In this document: positions 1 through 13,069 of the stretch, one piece after another | Layout of the letters: every line of letters starts with the position of its first letter | Position numbering within the stretch: position 1 is the stretch's first letter | Assembly (NCBI RefSeq): GCF_006345805.1 | Contig: NC_043000.1 | Span: 140,740,001 to 140,804,000, forward strand | Length of the DNA stretch: 64,000 nucleotides | Direction: 5' to 3' | Source: Octopus sinensis | Taxonomy: Eukaryota | Notes under the pieces: generated by a model | Told to the model about the DNA's origin: nothing | The model's database searches: none | What the model saw: only the letters and a program-made list of their open reading frames with translations | Made by a program: the position numbers and the translations under genes

Positions 1-2139
1 GCCGAGGTGTGAGCGAACCTGACCAATTCCACTGGTAGGAACCATAGCAGCCGTAGACACAAGGGCAGTGCCACCAACAGAGCCAGCTACACCACCACCA
101 CCACGGATTCTCTCACTTGGCTACCTCAGAGACCAACCCACATATTAACATTACTGAACTGTGCACAACTGACTGGTTACAATAGCAACAGTATCCAAAG
201 TATACAAAGCAACCCTTCATAAATACATTATAGCTCAGAACATAAATTTTCTGATGTAGGAGTCTTAACCTTGAGATTTTGAAATACAAGCTAAATGTAC
301 AAGCCATTGACTTCTATTTATTCATTTTTTGTTGATTGTTTTGTTTTGACTTTAAAGAATTTTAAAACATTTATTTATTAAAGAGAACATATTTTATTAA
401 TTATTATAAGGTAAAGGTATATAGTTTTGGCTTTCTCACTATCATCAGTCAGTAACTTACTGTAGCTCTTCTAGTTTTATACAGCTTTTTTGCAGGTCAT
501 TCCTTGAGTACACAGAGTAATATGAATTAATATTAGATTAGGTGTAGGTAGACAAATGATGCTGTATTGAAAAAGATAATAAAGAAAAATAGGAGAAAAG
601 TATGTTTGTACAGAGAGGGTTGATTGAAATATATGGTGGGGACAGTTATTCTGGTTTGATTTATCAATTTATCTGTGATTATCTATCTGTTTCTCTGTAT
701 GTCTGACTACCTTTCTTTGTGTGTCTTTGTATAAACTGGGAATGCTAGAGAATTTTCAAAACAAATGGAACTATAAATTATTGTAATAATGTAATAATGT
801 AAGAAAAATATAGCAAGGAAGATCATACAGATCGTGACCGATGTAAAAATTCTTAATCTGCTTTCATTAAAGTACACATTTACATAACCACTACTCTCTA
901 ACTAACTACTCTTCTACATGTGGTAAACAAAAATCAATATATGACAGAGATAATGATGATAATGAGGAGGTTAATGATGATGATGATGCCACCACTTCTG
1001 CTACTAATAAGAACGTCAGCAATGGCATATAGTAAGGAATCCTACAATTTAAATAAAAATACTAATTGCTTCAATAGAAACCACATAGGGATTCATGTAA
1101 CAGGCTCATGAATACAAAAGAGAAATTAGAAAATTAGAACAGGGAAATATGGAAAATTATACAAAGAAATTTGTTATGGTTTCCATCAAAAGTCATTTAT
1201 TTTCCTTAAAGGCATCCTTACTAAACAATCTTCTCCAATTACAAATGATTTTCCTGTTTTGAACAAAGACAATTGAGCCAGGGATATAAATAGATCGCAA
1301 GAATAATTGTGAAACCAAGAAGATGAAAAGAAAACAAGAAAATAGGCATCATTAAAAATGAAAGCGAAAGTATTTAAACTATTATTGTGAATGATCTTTA
1401 ATTCACATTTTATTGAAGTAAGAAATGATTTCAGAAAATCTAGATGTATTTTGGTTTCAGGGCAGAAATCCTTCAATTATTTAACTTCCTGAAAATTTAG
1501 AAATGTATATATTAAAAGTTATTTGATGTATTTAAAACAAAGCTTTTTTTATCATAAATACTTGAACCTGAAATATTTAGAAGCATTTCTAACAAATGAA
1601 CTTGTATATTGGTGAGTAAGTTGCATATTTGACATGAGAATTTTATTAATAACCAATAGCTGACTTCGGCATAACAAATTGTATAGCCTAAGCATATGGT
1701 ATTTTTTTTATATTTTCTTGAAACTTGTCTCAATACTTAGTTCTCATCTGTATCCATTTTTAACAAAATGAGTGCATTTTTCTTCCTGTGAACACCAATA
1801 TGGATTCTAAAATGTTCGTCTTTGCTGATAATCTAATTTCATAGAGAAGCACTGCCTAATTTCTATTTCTAGAATATTGAGTTAAATGCTATTCCACATA
1901 ATTTTTAAGTAAATCCCTGACAATGTGTATCAAAAATTGAAATTGTGTGGAATCCTAATAATGAGTTTGTTTTTAAACTTTCATTTCGTTTGTTTATAAG
2001 CCCAAAAAGTAAACCCAAACATTTTTATTCATCTTCACCGACCTCTTGTACATGACCACTCATATAGTTAATGTTTTTCACACGATTCTTTTGAAATCAA
2101 TGGTTTAGCCTATTTCTAGTGATGAGATGAAAGTTGTCT

Positions 2140-2730
2140 ATATGAAAACTGCGGGGTCAAAAGACTATTTTCAATTAAAAAAGCCACCAAGTTGAAACAC
2201 AACCAGTCAGATATTGTTGTGGAACACTGTTGCCGTTTGGACACCAATGTGGTTAGAAAAAATAAAGGAGAAAGAAAACATCTATGGACAGTTGATAAGG
2301 ATTTCATAAATCCAGTACTCAAGTTCCAACTCACTTTTGAAATATGCTATAAAAAGAATTGGACGGAATATCCATGGAATATAATGGAAGCAACTGATGT
2401 ATTCAGGGTTAACTTCACATAACTCATTTTATTGACGACAGCAGAATTCCCAAGCAAATATTGTATGGTGAGCTGTCACAAGGTACTTAACTACAACATA
2501 AGCCCAGGAAATGATTCAAGGACAACTTAAAAAGAATCACTTGAGATTTCAGAAAAGGAGTGGGAATATAAATTACATTATAGGGAAACCTAGAAGTAAA
2601 GACAATATAGGAAAACCTGGAAGCAAAATGCAAATGTGTAGTCATGCACAAGGTGATTGTCTGTGAAGTCTGTGGCCACATATTTATATTTTACACAGGT
2701 TTGGTGAACCACCAGAGAAGTCATGTAACA
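2140..2730 (+). mobile_element. Degenerate 3' fragment of an RTE-clade LINE (post-RT region plus C2H2 finger)
   Basis: 2431-2490 reads IDDSRIPKQILYGELSQGT* followed by KPRK*FKDNLK, matching the RTE motif RxPKQLLYGEL...RPxKRxKDxLK. 2662-2724 reads CEVCGHIFIFYTGLVNHQRSH (C2H2 finger). Multiple stops. Confidence 0.8.
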
Positions 2731-4355
2731 TGTAACAAATTACAACGACTTTCTTGCTGAGGCCAACCTCGCATGCACTGTCTACCAGAAAACATGTGTT
2801 AATCACTCAGATTTATCTAAGCAATGAGGGTACACAGAGAAAATCACGAGAACGAACTAGAAAAATCAAGAAATCAGAGAAAAATTTGAATGAATGTTGA
2901 ACTCGTAACTAGTTCTGTAAGTCACTGGCAGGATTCAAATGCTATTGTCGTTCTCACAACATGTAATGCTAAGATGCACTTTATTTAGCCAGCCATGGTC
3001 ATACTTATCTAATGAATTGACAGCCATCACGTATGTACGTATGTATGTATGTATGTATGTATGTATGTATATATGAATGTATGTATGTACATGTGTGTGC
3101 GTCTGTGTGAGTGTATGTATGCATGTATGTATATGAAGAGTTCCTGTACTTAAAATATTTTATACTTTTTCCATTTATTCGTATATATTTCTTCTCTGTT
3201 ATTCACAGCTCATGATTACTTTAAAATACCAACTGCAAAGCACTATTGAAAACCAGAATATTTTTTCTTATATTTGTGTATAGTGTGTGTATGTGTGTAT
3301 GTATATATAAGTATTTATATATATATTATTGCATATTATACACACACATATATAAACAAATAGACATAATATATACCACTTACATAATGACGTCGATGAT
3401 GACTTCCTCCAAGAGAAAAACTACAAAGCAAATGTTTTCACATGTTTTAAAATTTTCAAGAAGTTCAATATCTCTTTCCTTCCTTTTTCTAAAACTTGTA
3501 TTGGCTAATTTTATTTATTTATTTTTTTTTTTTTTTTGCCTTTTATGCAAGACAATCTTTTGTTAACTAACAACACTATATTAAACATTTCTGAAAATTG
3601 TTTCATCTTGTTCAGTTTTAGTTCGTACATTTCCTGCAAAACAATTTATGTATCTTTTATTTCTTTGCTACTATTATCTTCCTTTTCTTTCTTATTTTTT
3701 TTTTTTTTTAGCATAACAATGAGTTTTAACCTTTTATTTAAAAAAAAAAAAAAAAAAACATTTGCCCTTTCCTTGATAAGGACTCTTTTCAATTTATCTG
3801 TTATATTTTATGAAATAAGTATGAAAAATATTTTCATTGTATGACTCTTAGCATTTTCGACAATAATCTTATTGTTTAGTGAAAAAAGAAAAACCGAAAA
3901 ATATGTGTGATTTATTCAAATTTTTTTTTATTGCCAAGAAAAATTTAAAATTGGTTGGTGACATATCCAGTATATCAATATAATAAAATATCATGTCATG
4001 TCTGCAAATATATTTAAACATCAAATTTTACAATGCACAACCCACACACTCACACACACGCAGACACACTAATGTATGTGTGAGATTTATTTAAATTTTT
4101 TTATTGTCAATGTGTGTGTGTGTGTGTGTATTATGTAAGGTTCAATTACTATATGCTGCAGTGACTGTTAAGTATTAGATGAGAGTTAGTCATGAGATGA
4201 AATCCAGGAAACATTCATAATAAGAAAATGAGAAAGATGTCATACAAAGATTGCTTGAAAACGTTTGTGAACAGTGATATTATTTCACTCATGCCCCAAC
4301 TATCGACACACGGAAGAATTAAGGTAATTAATTAAAAAAAAAATCTAATGCTAGA

Positions 4356-5153
4356 ATGCTTCGCTGGGTGTGTAATATCAGTGTGCATGCATGACAGAGT
4401 GTAAGCATCCCGAGAGAAAAGTTAGGCATGTGAAACATCAAATATGGTGAGCAAGAGAGACAACTGCACTGGTATGGTTGTGTAATGTGAATGGATGAGG
4501 ACAGCTGTATGAAGAGTGTCGTACTCTAACAGTGGAGGGAACCTGTAGAAGAGGAAAACCAAAGAAGACATGGGATGAGGTGGTGAAGCACAATCCTCAA
4601 ATGCTGAGCCTCACAGAAGCAATGACAAACAACTGAAACCTTGGGCATATGCTGTACTTGAGAAGACCCTGAAAGTCAAGTGAGATTGTAGTCGTGGCCC
4701 ATTAAAAGCACCCTTCAATCATTGGGTGATATACAGTGTTTGTGAAGACTTGATGAGCCAAGCGAAATCATAGTCATGGCCGATGCCAGTGCCGTCTGAT
4801 TGGTACTAGTGCCAATGGCACATAAAAAGCACTATTTAAACATAGGGCCTCATGGAGGTAGTAACAAGTGATAAAGACCTTTGACGATATACCTTGCTGG
4901 TGTAGCCAAGTGAGACCATAGTTGGGACAATGACAGTGTCAGGTTAATGGTACCTGTGCCAGTGGCACATAAAAAAACACCCACTACACTCTCGAAGTGG
5001 TTGGTGTTAAGAAGGGCATCCAGCTGTAGAAACCTTGCCAAATGAGATCAGAAACTGGTGCAGCTCCCTAGCTTACCAGTTTGCAGTCAAACTGTCCAAC
5101 CTGAGCCTGAATGTAAAGTGGACATTAAATGATAATGATGATGATGATGATGA
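4356..5153 (+). mobile_element. 5'-truncated RTE LINE (family R): ORF end plus 3' UTR with (GAT)n tail
   Basis: Reads MLRWVCNIS..EKLG..QERQLHWYGCVM*MDEDSCMK..VEGTCRRGKPKKTWDEVVK. It continues into the GTGGCACATAAAAA..CACCCACTACACTC..GTGGTTGG..AGGGCATCCAGCTGTAGAAA UTR and ends in GATGATGAT. Confidence 0.85.
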
Positions 5154-5541
5154 ATAGTGGTAATGATGATTACAAATGTGATGATAATCCTGATGAAGTC
5201 AGTGACTGACATCAACATTTTTAAAGTCAAAGATACCCTTCATCATTACAATTTTGTATCTGTGTTACCATGCTGGCATGGGTGTTAGATGGCGCACTCA
5301 ATATTTTATTACTGCTCACTTATCATTTCCATCCACAGAGAAATCTTTATGCAGCATGTCATGTTTTGGAAGAGATTTTTTTGCCTTGATGTCCTTATCA
5401 TAAATTTACCGAACACCATACATCACTTAGGGACTGTCTGTTGCAAGACTTAAGGCAACTTCAACCATGTATCAACTTTTGTTCCAAGTTACTTCTATAC
5501 TAAACAAGGCACCTTTACTGTGCTTTGTTCAGTACATATCT

Positions 5542-5956
5542 GGGATCTTTTCGGTTTGACCGGCAGTTTTTTCTAGCGGTGTCATATGAAATTGTTACCC
5601 ATAATTATGACCCTAGCATCGATCTATTGAATTTCAATCTGTTTTAGGGTTAGGGTTAGGGATGGGAGGAAGGGTATTTTTTTCTTCAGAAATGTAAATA
5701 AACCCATTCTGTTTCTTAAATGAGGGACATATTCATACGGCACAGGATGTTTTAACCTCAATAGACATCATTGATTGGTTGAAATTGCAGAAATTGAAGA
5801 AAAACAACAAATATCTTACAAATCATAGCATTTTCTCAATAACGCCAAGAGTAAAAGATGTTTTATAAACACATTCTACCAGTATACGAAGTTTAAAAGT
5901 GTTTAGTTTACGTGGAAATTATTTTAAAAAACTGCCGGTCAAACCGAAAAGATCCC
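5542..5956. mobile_element. MITE / non-autonomous DNA transposon with ~30-bp TIRs
   Basis: GGGATCTTTTCGGTTTGACCGGCAGTTTTT at 5542 is the perfect inverted repeat of AAAAACTGCCGGTCAAACCGAAAAGATCCC ending at 5956. Flanks ATATCT/ACATCT may be a 6-bp TSD with one mismatch. Internal (TTAGGG)3 at 5644-5661. Confidence 0.85.
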
Positions 5957-6644
5957 ACATCTGTTCTGTTCATTTTTTTTCTAATCTCTATGTATTAATA
6001 TAGGTAGTACTGATGACTGTAGACTCTTAATCTAATCATTTCAATCCGCATACATGAATCATGTATGCTGGAACGACCACAGTTTGTGTAAAAACATTAA
6101 GAACTATAAGAATTAGAGACGTTATACTCTACTCTAACAACTGTCAAATTGCTTCTAGTTGATTTATGATAATGGTTTTATTTGGTTAAATCAATTTACA
6201 TCAAACAATGGGAAATTTATCAACTTCAGTGAAGTTTAACATATATTGGCTCTTAATAGTGACACATCACAGTGTGAATAAATTCCAGTTAAATGAACTT
6301 TGTAGTAAACCATCTATACACTGATAATCAGTAACACCATTCACTTCCTCTCATATTGCATTTGTATCTCAGGAATCACTAAATATTTTAACCATAATAA
6401 TTATATCAGTTTCCTTGAAGATAAATCATGCTTTTCTTCCCTCCAAATAAGTAAATAATGCATTTCGAAATACAGCTGCATATACCTATAATTATATACA
6501 TAATAGCTTACTGAGACTTTGACAATGCTTTAGGTTATACATCAGGCTCATAATTATTTCTGTAACTATTAACGCATGTATACACCTCTGACTACTAATA
6601 TAATATACAAATATAAATTTAACTATTTCTGTTACTATACATAT

Positions 6645-6895
6645 TGCTAAGTTACAGGTACATAAACACACCAGCATCGGTTGTCAAGCAATGTTGTGGG
6701 GACAAACACAGACCCACGAACATATACACACATATATATATATACATATATACGACGGGCTTCTTTCAGTTTCCGTCTACCAAATCCTCTCACAAGGCTT
6801 TGGTTGGCCCGAGGCTATAGTAGAAGACTCTTGGCCAAGGTGTCACGCAGTGGGACTGAACCCGGAACCATGTGGTTGGTAAGACTATACTTACT
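6645..6895 (-). mobile_element. tRNA-derived SINE family A, partial
   Basis: Reverse complement of the head and body of the SINE at 7259-7625. Confidence 0.85.
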
Positions 6896-7258
6896 TCAGT
6901 TCATTTGCACATGCATAAAATAATATGCAAGCATACATATATGACATACACACATACATGCACATATATGACATACGTACACACATACACAGATAAACTT
7001 ATACACACTAGCCAATTAGCTAACATAACATGCACATCATTACAAATGACAGTAGTAAGTTACTTCACTATTTGTACAGATGAGAGTAAATAAATCAAAA
7101 TCAACTTCTTCATAACATGTTCTTTCTGCTTATTAGTAGGTTATTTCAAATTTAATGTGATTCCAATATTCCTCAAGTGAATTCTTGAATTAACTCATTG
7201 TCTTTGACTAGATAACCTTTTTGCAATTGATATAATTTTTATGTAAACAGTATAAACA

Positions 7259-7625
7259 GGCGCAGGAGCGGCTGTGTGGTAAGTAGCTTGCTTACCAACC
7301 ACATGGTTCCGGGTTCAGTCCCACTGCGTGGCATCTTGGGCAAGTGTCTTCTACTATAGCCCCAGGCCGACCAATACCTTGTGAGTGGATTTGGTAGACG
7401 GAAACTGAAAGAAGCCTGTCGTATATATATGTATGTTTGTCCCCCTAGCATTGCTTGACAACCGATGCTGGTGCGTTTACATCCCCGCAAAAAGAGACCG
7501 ATAGAATAAGTACTGGGCTTACAAAAAGAATAAGTCCTGGGGTCGAGTTGCTCGACTAAAGGCGGTGCTCCAGCATGGCCGCAGTCAAATGACTGAAACA
7601 AGTAAAAGAGTAAAGAGTAAAAGAG
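7259..7625 (+). mobile_element. tRNA-derived SINE family A, full length
   Basis: A-box-like TGGCTGTGTGG, B-box-like GGTTCAGTCCC, internal TA/TG microsatellite and (GTAAAAGA)n tail. Flanking AGTATAAACAGG/AGTATAAGCAGG looks like a TSD. At least 10 copies in the window. Confidence 0.9.
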
Positions 7626-7654
7626 TATAAGCAGGTATATTGTCATACTGGTTT

Positions 7655-7862
7655 TGAATTTTGGCACAAGACCAGCAACTGCAAGACTGGGGTAAGTTGA
7701 TTACATCAATCCCAGTGCTTAACTGGTATTTATTTTATCAACTCCAAAAGGATAAAAGGCAAAGTTGGTCTTGCTGGAATTTGAGCTCAGAATGTAAGAA
7801 TCAATGAAATGCTGCTAAGCATTTTGCCTAGCATGCTAATGATTCTGCCAGCTCACTGCCTT
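7655..7862 (-). mobile_element. tRNA-derived SINE family B, diverged
   Basis: Reverse complement matches 47527-47760 (TAAGGCGGCGAGCTGGCAGAA..GAGTTCAAATTCC..CTTTGCCTTTCATCC). Confidence 0.75.
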
Positions 7863-8152
7863 AAGTGTATTGTAATATTAAAGGGTTGCATAGCTTCTTG
7901 AATAATTTTGATGAATGGCTTCTATTTGTAGTGAATGGTATCATTTTAAGGCAGTTTCTGTTAAATTAATTTTCATCCTATCATCAGGAGTAACTGTGTG
8001 GTAAGTAGCTTACTTACCAACCACATGGTTCCGGGTTCAGTCCCACTGCGTGACACCTTGGGCAAGAGTCTTCTACTATAGCTTCGGGCCAACCAAAGCC
8101 TTGTGAGTGGATTTGGTAGACAGAAACTGAAAGAAGCCTGTCGTATATATGT

Positions 8153-8929
8153 ATCATCATCATCATCATCATCGTTTAACGTCCGCTTTCCATGCTAGCA
8201 TGGGTTGGACGGTTCAACTGGGGTCTGGGGAGCCCGAAGGCTGCACCAGGCCAGTCAGATCTGGCAGTGTTTCTACAGCTGGATGCCCTTCCTAACGCCA
8301 ACCACTCCGAGAGTGTAGTGGGTGATTTTATGTGCCACCGACACAGGTGCCAGACGAGGCTGGCGAACGGCCACGCTCGGATGGTGTTTTTATGTGCCAC
8401 CGACACAGGTGCCAGACGAGGCTGGCAGACGGCCACGCTCGGATGGTGTTTTTATGTGCCACCGACACAGGTGCCAGACGAGGCTGGCAGACGGCCACGC
8501 TCGGATGGTGTTTTTATGTGCCACCGACACAGGTGCCAGACGAGGCTGGCAGACGGCCACGCTCGGATGGTGTTTTTATGTGCCACCGACACAGGTGCCA
8601 GACGAGGCTGGCAGACGGCCACGCTCGGATGGTGTTTTTATGTGCCACCGACACAGGTGCCAGACGAGGCTGGCAGACGGCCACGCTCGGATGGTGTTTT
8701 TATGTGCCACCGACACAGGTGCCAGACGAGGCTGGCAGACGGCCACGCTCGGACAGTGTTTGTTACGTGCCCACTGCACGGAGGCCAGTCGATGCGGTAC
8801 TGGCTACGGTCCCGTTCGGATGGTTTTCTTATGTGCCACAAGGATACAAATTCCATTGATGTTCATCTATTTTGATTTGGTTTGACTTGATTCGATTTGA
8901 CTTTGATTTGATTTGCCTCAACAGGTCTT
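8153..8929 (-). mobile_element. RTE family R 3' UTR copy with expanded internal tandem repeat
   Basis: Starts with (CAT)n, the minus-strand tail, then TTTAACGTCCGCTTTCCATGCTAGCATGGGTTGGACGG, the reverse complement of the R 3' end. Confidence 0.85.
8331..8760. repeat. 62-bp tandem repeat, 7 near-identical copies
   Basis: Unit TGTGCCACCGACACAGGTGCCAGACGAGGCTGGCAGACGGCCACGCTCGGATGGTGTTTTTA starts at 8331, 8393, 8455, 8517, 8579, 8641 and 8703. Confidence 0.97.
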
Positions 8930-8945
8930 ATATATATATATATAT

Positions 8946-9147
8946 AGGAGGAGAGTTCATGAAAAAAACAAAAGACAAAGACAGGTGGTGTAGAAAACAA
9001 ACAGATGTATTAGTATAACGCTCAGAAATTGGAAAAGTATTTTATGTTTTGAGCCTACGCTCTTCTACAGAAAGGGACACAGAAAAAAAACAAGGAGAGA
9101 AACAAGGAGAGAAAAAAATGGGTGTAGTGGCTACCGATCTATCATGA
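8946..9147 (-). mobile_element. Probable Penelope-like terminal (pLTR) fragment with decayed hammerhead-like motif
   Basis: Minus strand 9073-9040 reads TTT CTGTAGA A GAGC GTAG GCTC AAAAC ATAAAA, followed by a T-rich 3' stretch. It sits in a TA run. Confidence 0.5.
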
Positions 9148-9627
9148 TGTGTGTGTGTGTGTCTGTGTTTGTTCCCCCAACATCGCTTGACAACCGATGT
9201 TGGTGTGTTTACGTCCCTGTAACTTAGCAATTCGGCAAAAGAGACAGATAGAATAAGTACTAGGCTTACAAAGAATAAGTTCTGGGGTCGATTTGCTCGA
9301 CTAAAGGTGGTGCTCCAGCATGGCTACAGTCAAATGACTGAATCAAGCAAAAATCGTATTTCCCTTCTTTGCATTAATGACTTCCCTTTTATTACTTCTA
9401 ACTATTCACAGCAAGTAAAAGAGTAAGTTTCCATTTCTTGAATTTTAAGTCATTATTTCCACATTATGGTAATGGATTATCAGAATTGATACGTCATTGG
9501 AGAAAATACCTTGTTTTTAATTACAACTCTTTATGATCAAAGCTCGAATCTTACTATAATTAACTTTGTCTTTCGTTTTTCCATGCAGGGATTGATAAAA
9601 GAAGTACTGGTTGAGTACTGTAGTGCA

Positions 9628-9872
9628 TGTGTGCCGGCATTAGTTGTTAGTTGTCGGAGCACTGCATCCTTCAAAACTTCCATGCTTCCTGAGATTCACC
9701 AACACTACACCTGATTTTCTCCCCTCCATACACATGCAAGCATGTATCTGACTCATACACTGTTCACTTCCCAGATATTTGTACATTACTGCATATGCTT
9801 TGTATGCACTTTTGACAAGTTGTGGTGCACCTGAGCACTGTATACAATAATTTCATTATCATCATTATTATT
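9628..9872 (+). mobile_element. CR1/L2-like LINE 3' end
   Basis: ORF end VPALVVSCRSTASFKTSMLPEIHQHYT* resembles the CR1 C-terminus (LPxxVVxxxSxxSFK), followed by a short UTR and an (ATT)n run. Confidence 0.6.
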
Positions 9873-10330
9873 ATTGAGTGGGAGAGCTGTGCATGCCATC
9901 AATGTGAGACTGGGGTAAAATATACAAAGCCCAGTATACCCATCATGACTACCTGTCTGATAAGGTTACACTAGGTACATGCATCACAACCATATGTGTG
10001 CGACATGGGGATCTCATATCAAGATAAACAGCACATGACCTTGCAGGTGGGGGCCAATTTTACTTCTTGTCGAGTAACCGATCCTGCTGAAAAGGCCCCT
10101 GAATAAGGGTTATTTAAGGATGTTGAACAAAACACCTATGTTTCCAGAAGGGAATTATTCAAATCCTAAAGATTCCCTCTCAATTCGCTCCCCCACTACT
10201 ACTGCTCGTGATCAGAGATGCATATATCGTCAGTCACTATGGGACATGCTCAACTGGTTAAGGTCAAACAACTGACAAGTAAATCTGTGGTATTGAGCAG
10301 AATATTTGCTGTAGCCCATCTTTTATACCA
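9860..10330 (-). mobile_element. Unclassified interspersed repeat (probable LINE 3' UTR or SINE) with (AAT)n tail
   Basis: GC-richer block ending on the minus strand in CTCTCCCACTCAATAATAAT. Single copy in the window; recognised only from recollection of octopus repeats. Confidence 0.4.
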
Positions 10331-11229
10331 AATTATTATTATTATTATTATTACTATATAATCAGTTGTTCTCTCCTCTAGAAATCCCCAGAATTCAAGC
10401 AAATGTTTATGTATTTGTACTGGTGTGAGTGAACATAAAGAAAAACAGCTGTGCATGTGCTGCATGGAAGCATGTTGATATGCAGGTATGCATAGTTGGT
10501 AACTTCTTGTGCGAGAAACATAGATTTAATCATATAACAGTTTCTCTTTTGAATATACAATTTAAATAACTGTACATTTAGCAGACACTGCTTAAATGAA
10601 CGAGTCTTCATCAAAGAACAAAATCATAAGAGCACATTCTAATTAGCTACATTGTTGTTACATCTGAGGTGTACAATATCATTTAATTCTCTGATGAACT
10701 ATCTCATAATATACATTCAGAGTACATCACGGAAACAAATGAGTCGCAAAAGAAGAAAAATAATATATAATCAGAAATTCTTATTATTATTATCAAAGAC
10801 TTTGTTCAGACATCTTCTGATTTTGTTCCATCCTCTCCTAAAACCAAATAATAGTCAAATGACATTGTTTTGTATGTCAATAATGCATAGTAGAAATGCT
10901 ATATAGCTAATCCCTTATTTCCTGAATCTTTCCAACAGCTTGGTGATTAGTTCTTGTATCTGAGCATTTTGTTATTGGAAAAACTAAAGTAGATTATGGA
11001 GAAACATGTCTTACGATAGAGATTTCAGATCTTAAAACATTTAGTTACTTCAATAAAAACACCATTCATTCATTGTGGAATCTAATATAAATACATTCTG
11101 TTTATTCTGACATTTTGGATTTGTTGACTAAGTTTACAGCCGAAGCAGCTGATATATATTTTTGCAGAGAAATATTTGTTATAGGAATTCTATGTGATTT
11201 TGTTTATAATACGCACAGACACCTACATG

Positions 11230-11900
<671 letters not shown>

Positions 11901-13069
11901 CATGGAGAAAAGAAAGAGAGAATAAGGGTAGAAGTAAATATATTTAGATGTCAAATGATAAATCAAAGAAAATAAATCTACTGTGCAATGAGTGCCCTTA
12001 TCATATGATTTAGGTGCTGCATGGATGAGAAAGACTTTTGCATACATTGTATATCATACTATATTTTAGCTCTTTTTTGCTTTGCTCTCTCATTCCCATA
12101 GACCCCACCTACCTCTCTCTCTCACTCACTTTCTCTGTCTCTATCTCTGTGTGTATCTTTCTTTCTATTTATCTATCTATCTATCTATCTATGCATCTCT
12201 CTCTCTCTCTCATTTCATATATTTATTTACTTCTTTAGAATCTTGTGCACAATGCCTAAAATTAATTCACCTCGTTGCTGCCTTGGAATAAAGGATTCTT
12301 TGATAAAACATTATTGTTAAAATAAAGAAACAAAATGATATTGATTTAAGAAAGGGAGTATTTCCCGAATTGTATAGACAAGCTTACACCTACAGACACA
12401 CACACACGTGCATTCACACACACACTCACATATAATAGATACATATATTTATATGATGCAGGGAAAAAAAAATTACCATTCAATGGCATAAGATTAAATC
12501 ACTTTCTTAGAAGATTGAGTAGTGCCGCTGACAATTCTTGATGGAGTGGTATTTCTCAAAAGTATTCCGCCAATCATCTATTCCACACAAAGATACAATG
12601 GCAACTCATAAAGTGCTGATATTCTGTTAGCAAAAGATTATTGTTTTGATGGTGAGATTGGACTTCTGACAATAAATCATAAACTTACGCTTTCATGGAA
12701 CACAAACGTATTATAAATATAGATTCCTTTATTGAAAATAGCCCCAAAGTAGATTCATTATATTATATGCATATATGCATTTATTAATTATTTCCTGTGT
12801 AACATCATGCTTAAACAAGGAGCACCAATATGCTAACACAAATTGTTAGACGTAAGAGTCAAATCTCCTTCATATTTACAATAAGAAATCAAAGAGTGAG
12901 TTTTAAAGAAATGAAGAGGATGGTCATGCCTTTGACCATAGATCTACTAGAACGGTCCTATTCAGGAGTAAGAAAAGTGACAGCAAAAACAATTAGATAA
13001 CATCAAATAAAACCGGAAGATCAAAGGATGTGTACAACAAAGACTAGAAATGTGTCCTACCTCTCAAAG

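Larger units (their letters stand above)
7987..9352 (+). mobile_element. SINE family A split by two nested insertions (head 7987-8152, tail 9148-9352)
   Basis: The head ends at the internal TA microsatellite. The 3' half resumes at 9148 (GTGTGTCTGTGTTTGTTCCCCCAACATCGCTTGACAACC). Confidence 0.85.

Noticed and set aside
5190-5222. Hammerhead-like CTGATGA-A-GTCAG-tga-CTGAC
   Set aside because: No GAAA follows (ATCAAC instead) and there is no convincing stem I.
5644-5661. Telomere or chromosome-fusion site
   Set aside because: Only three TTAGGG units, lying inside a TIR-bounded element.
7259-7335. tRNA gene (also the heads of SINEs B, C and D)
   Set aside because: A and B boxes are present, but there is no complete cloverleaf and each head is followed by a repeated SINE body.
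8331-8760. CRISPR-like array
   Set aside because: Units are head-to-tail with no unique spacers, there are no cas genes, and the context is eukaryotic.
8192-8885. Long ORFs of 175-227 aa in all three + frames
   Set aside because: Produced by the stop-free 62-bp tandem repeat inside a LINE UTR; the peptide simply cycles through frames.
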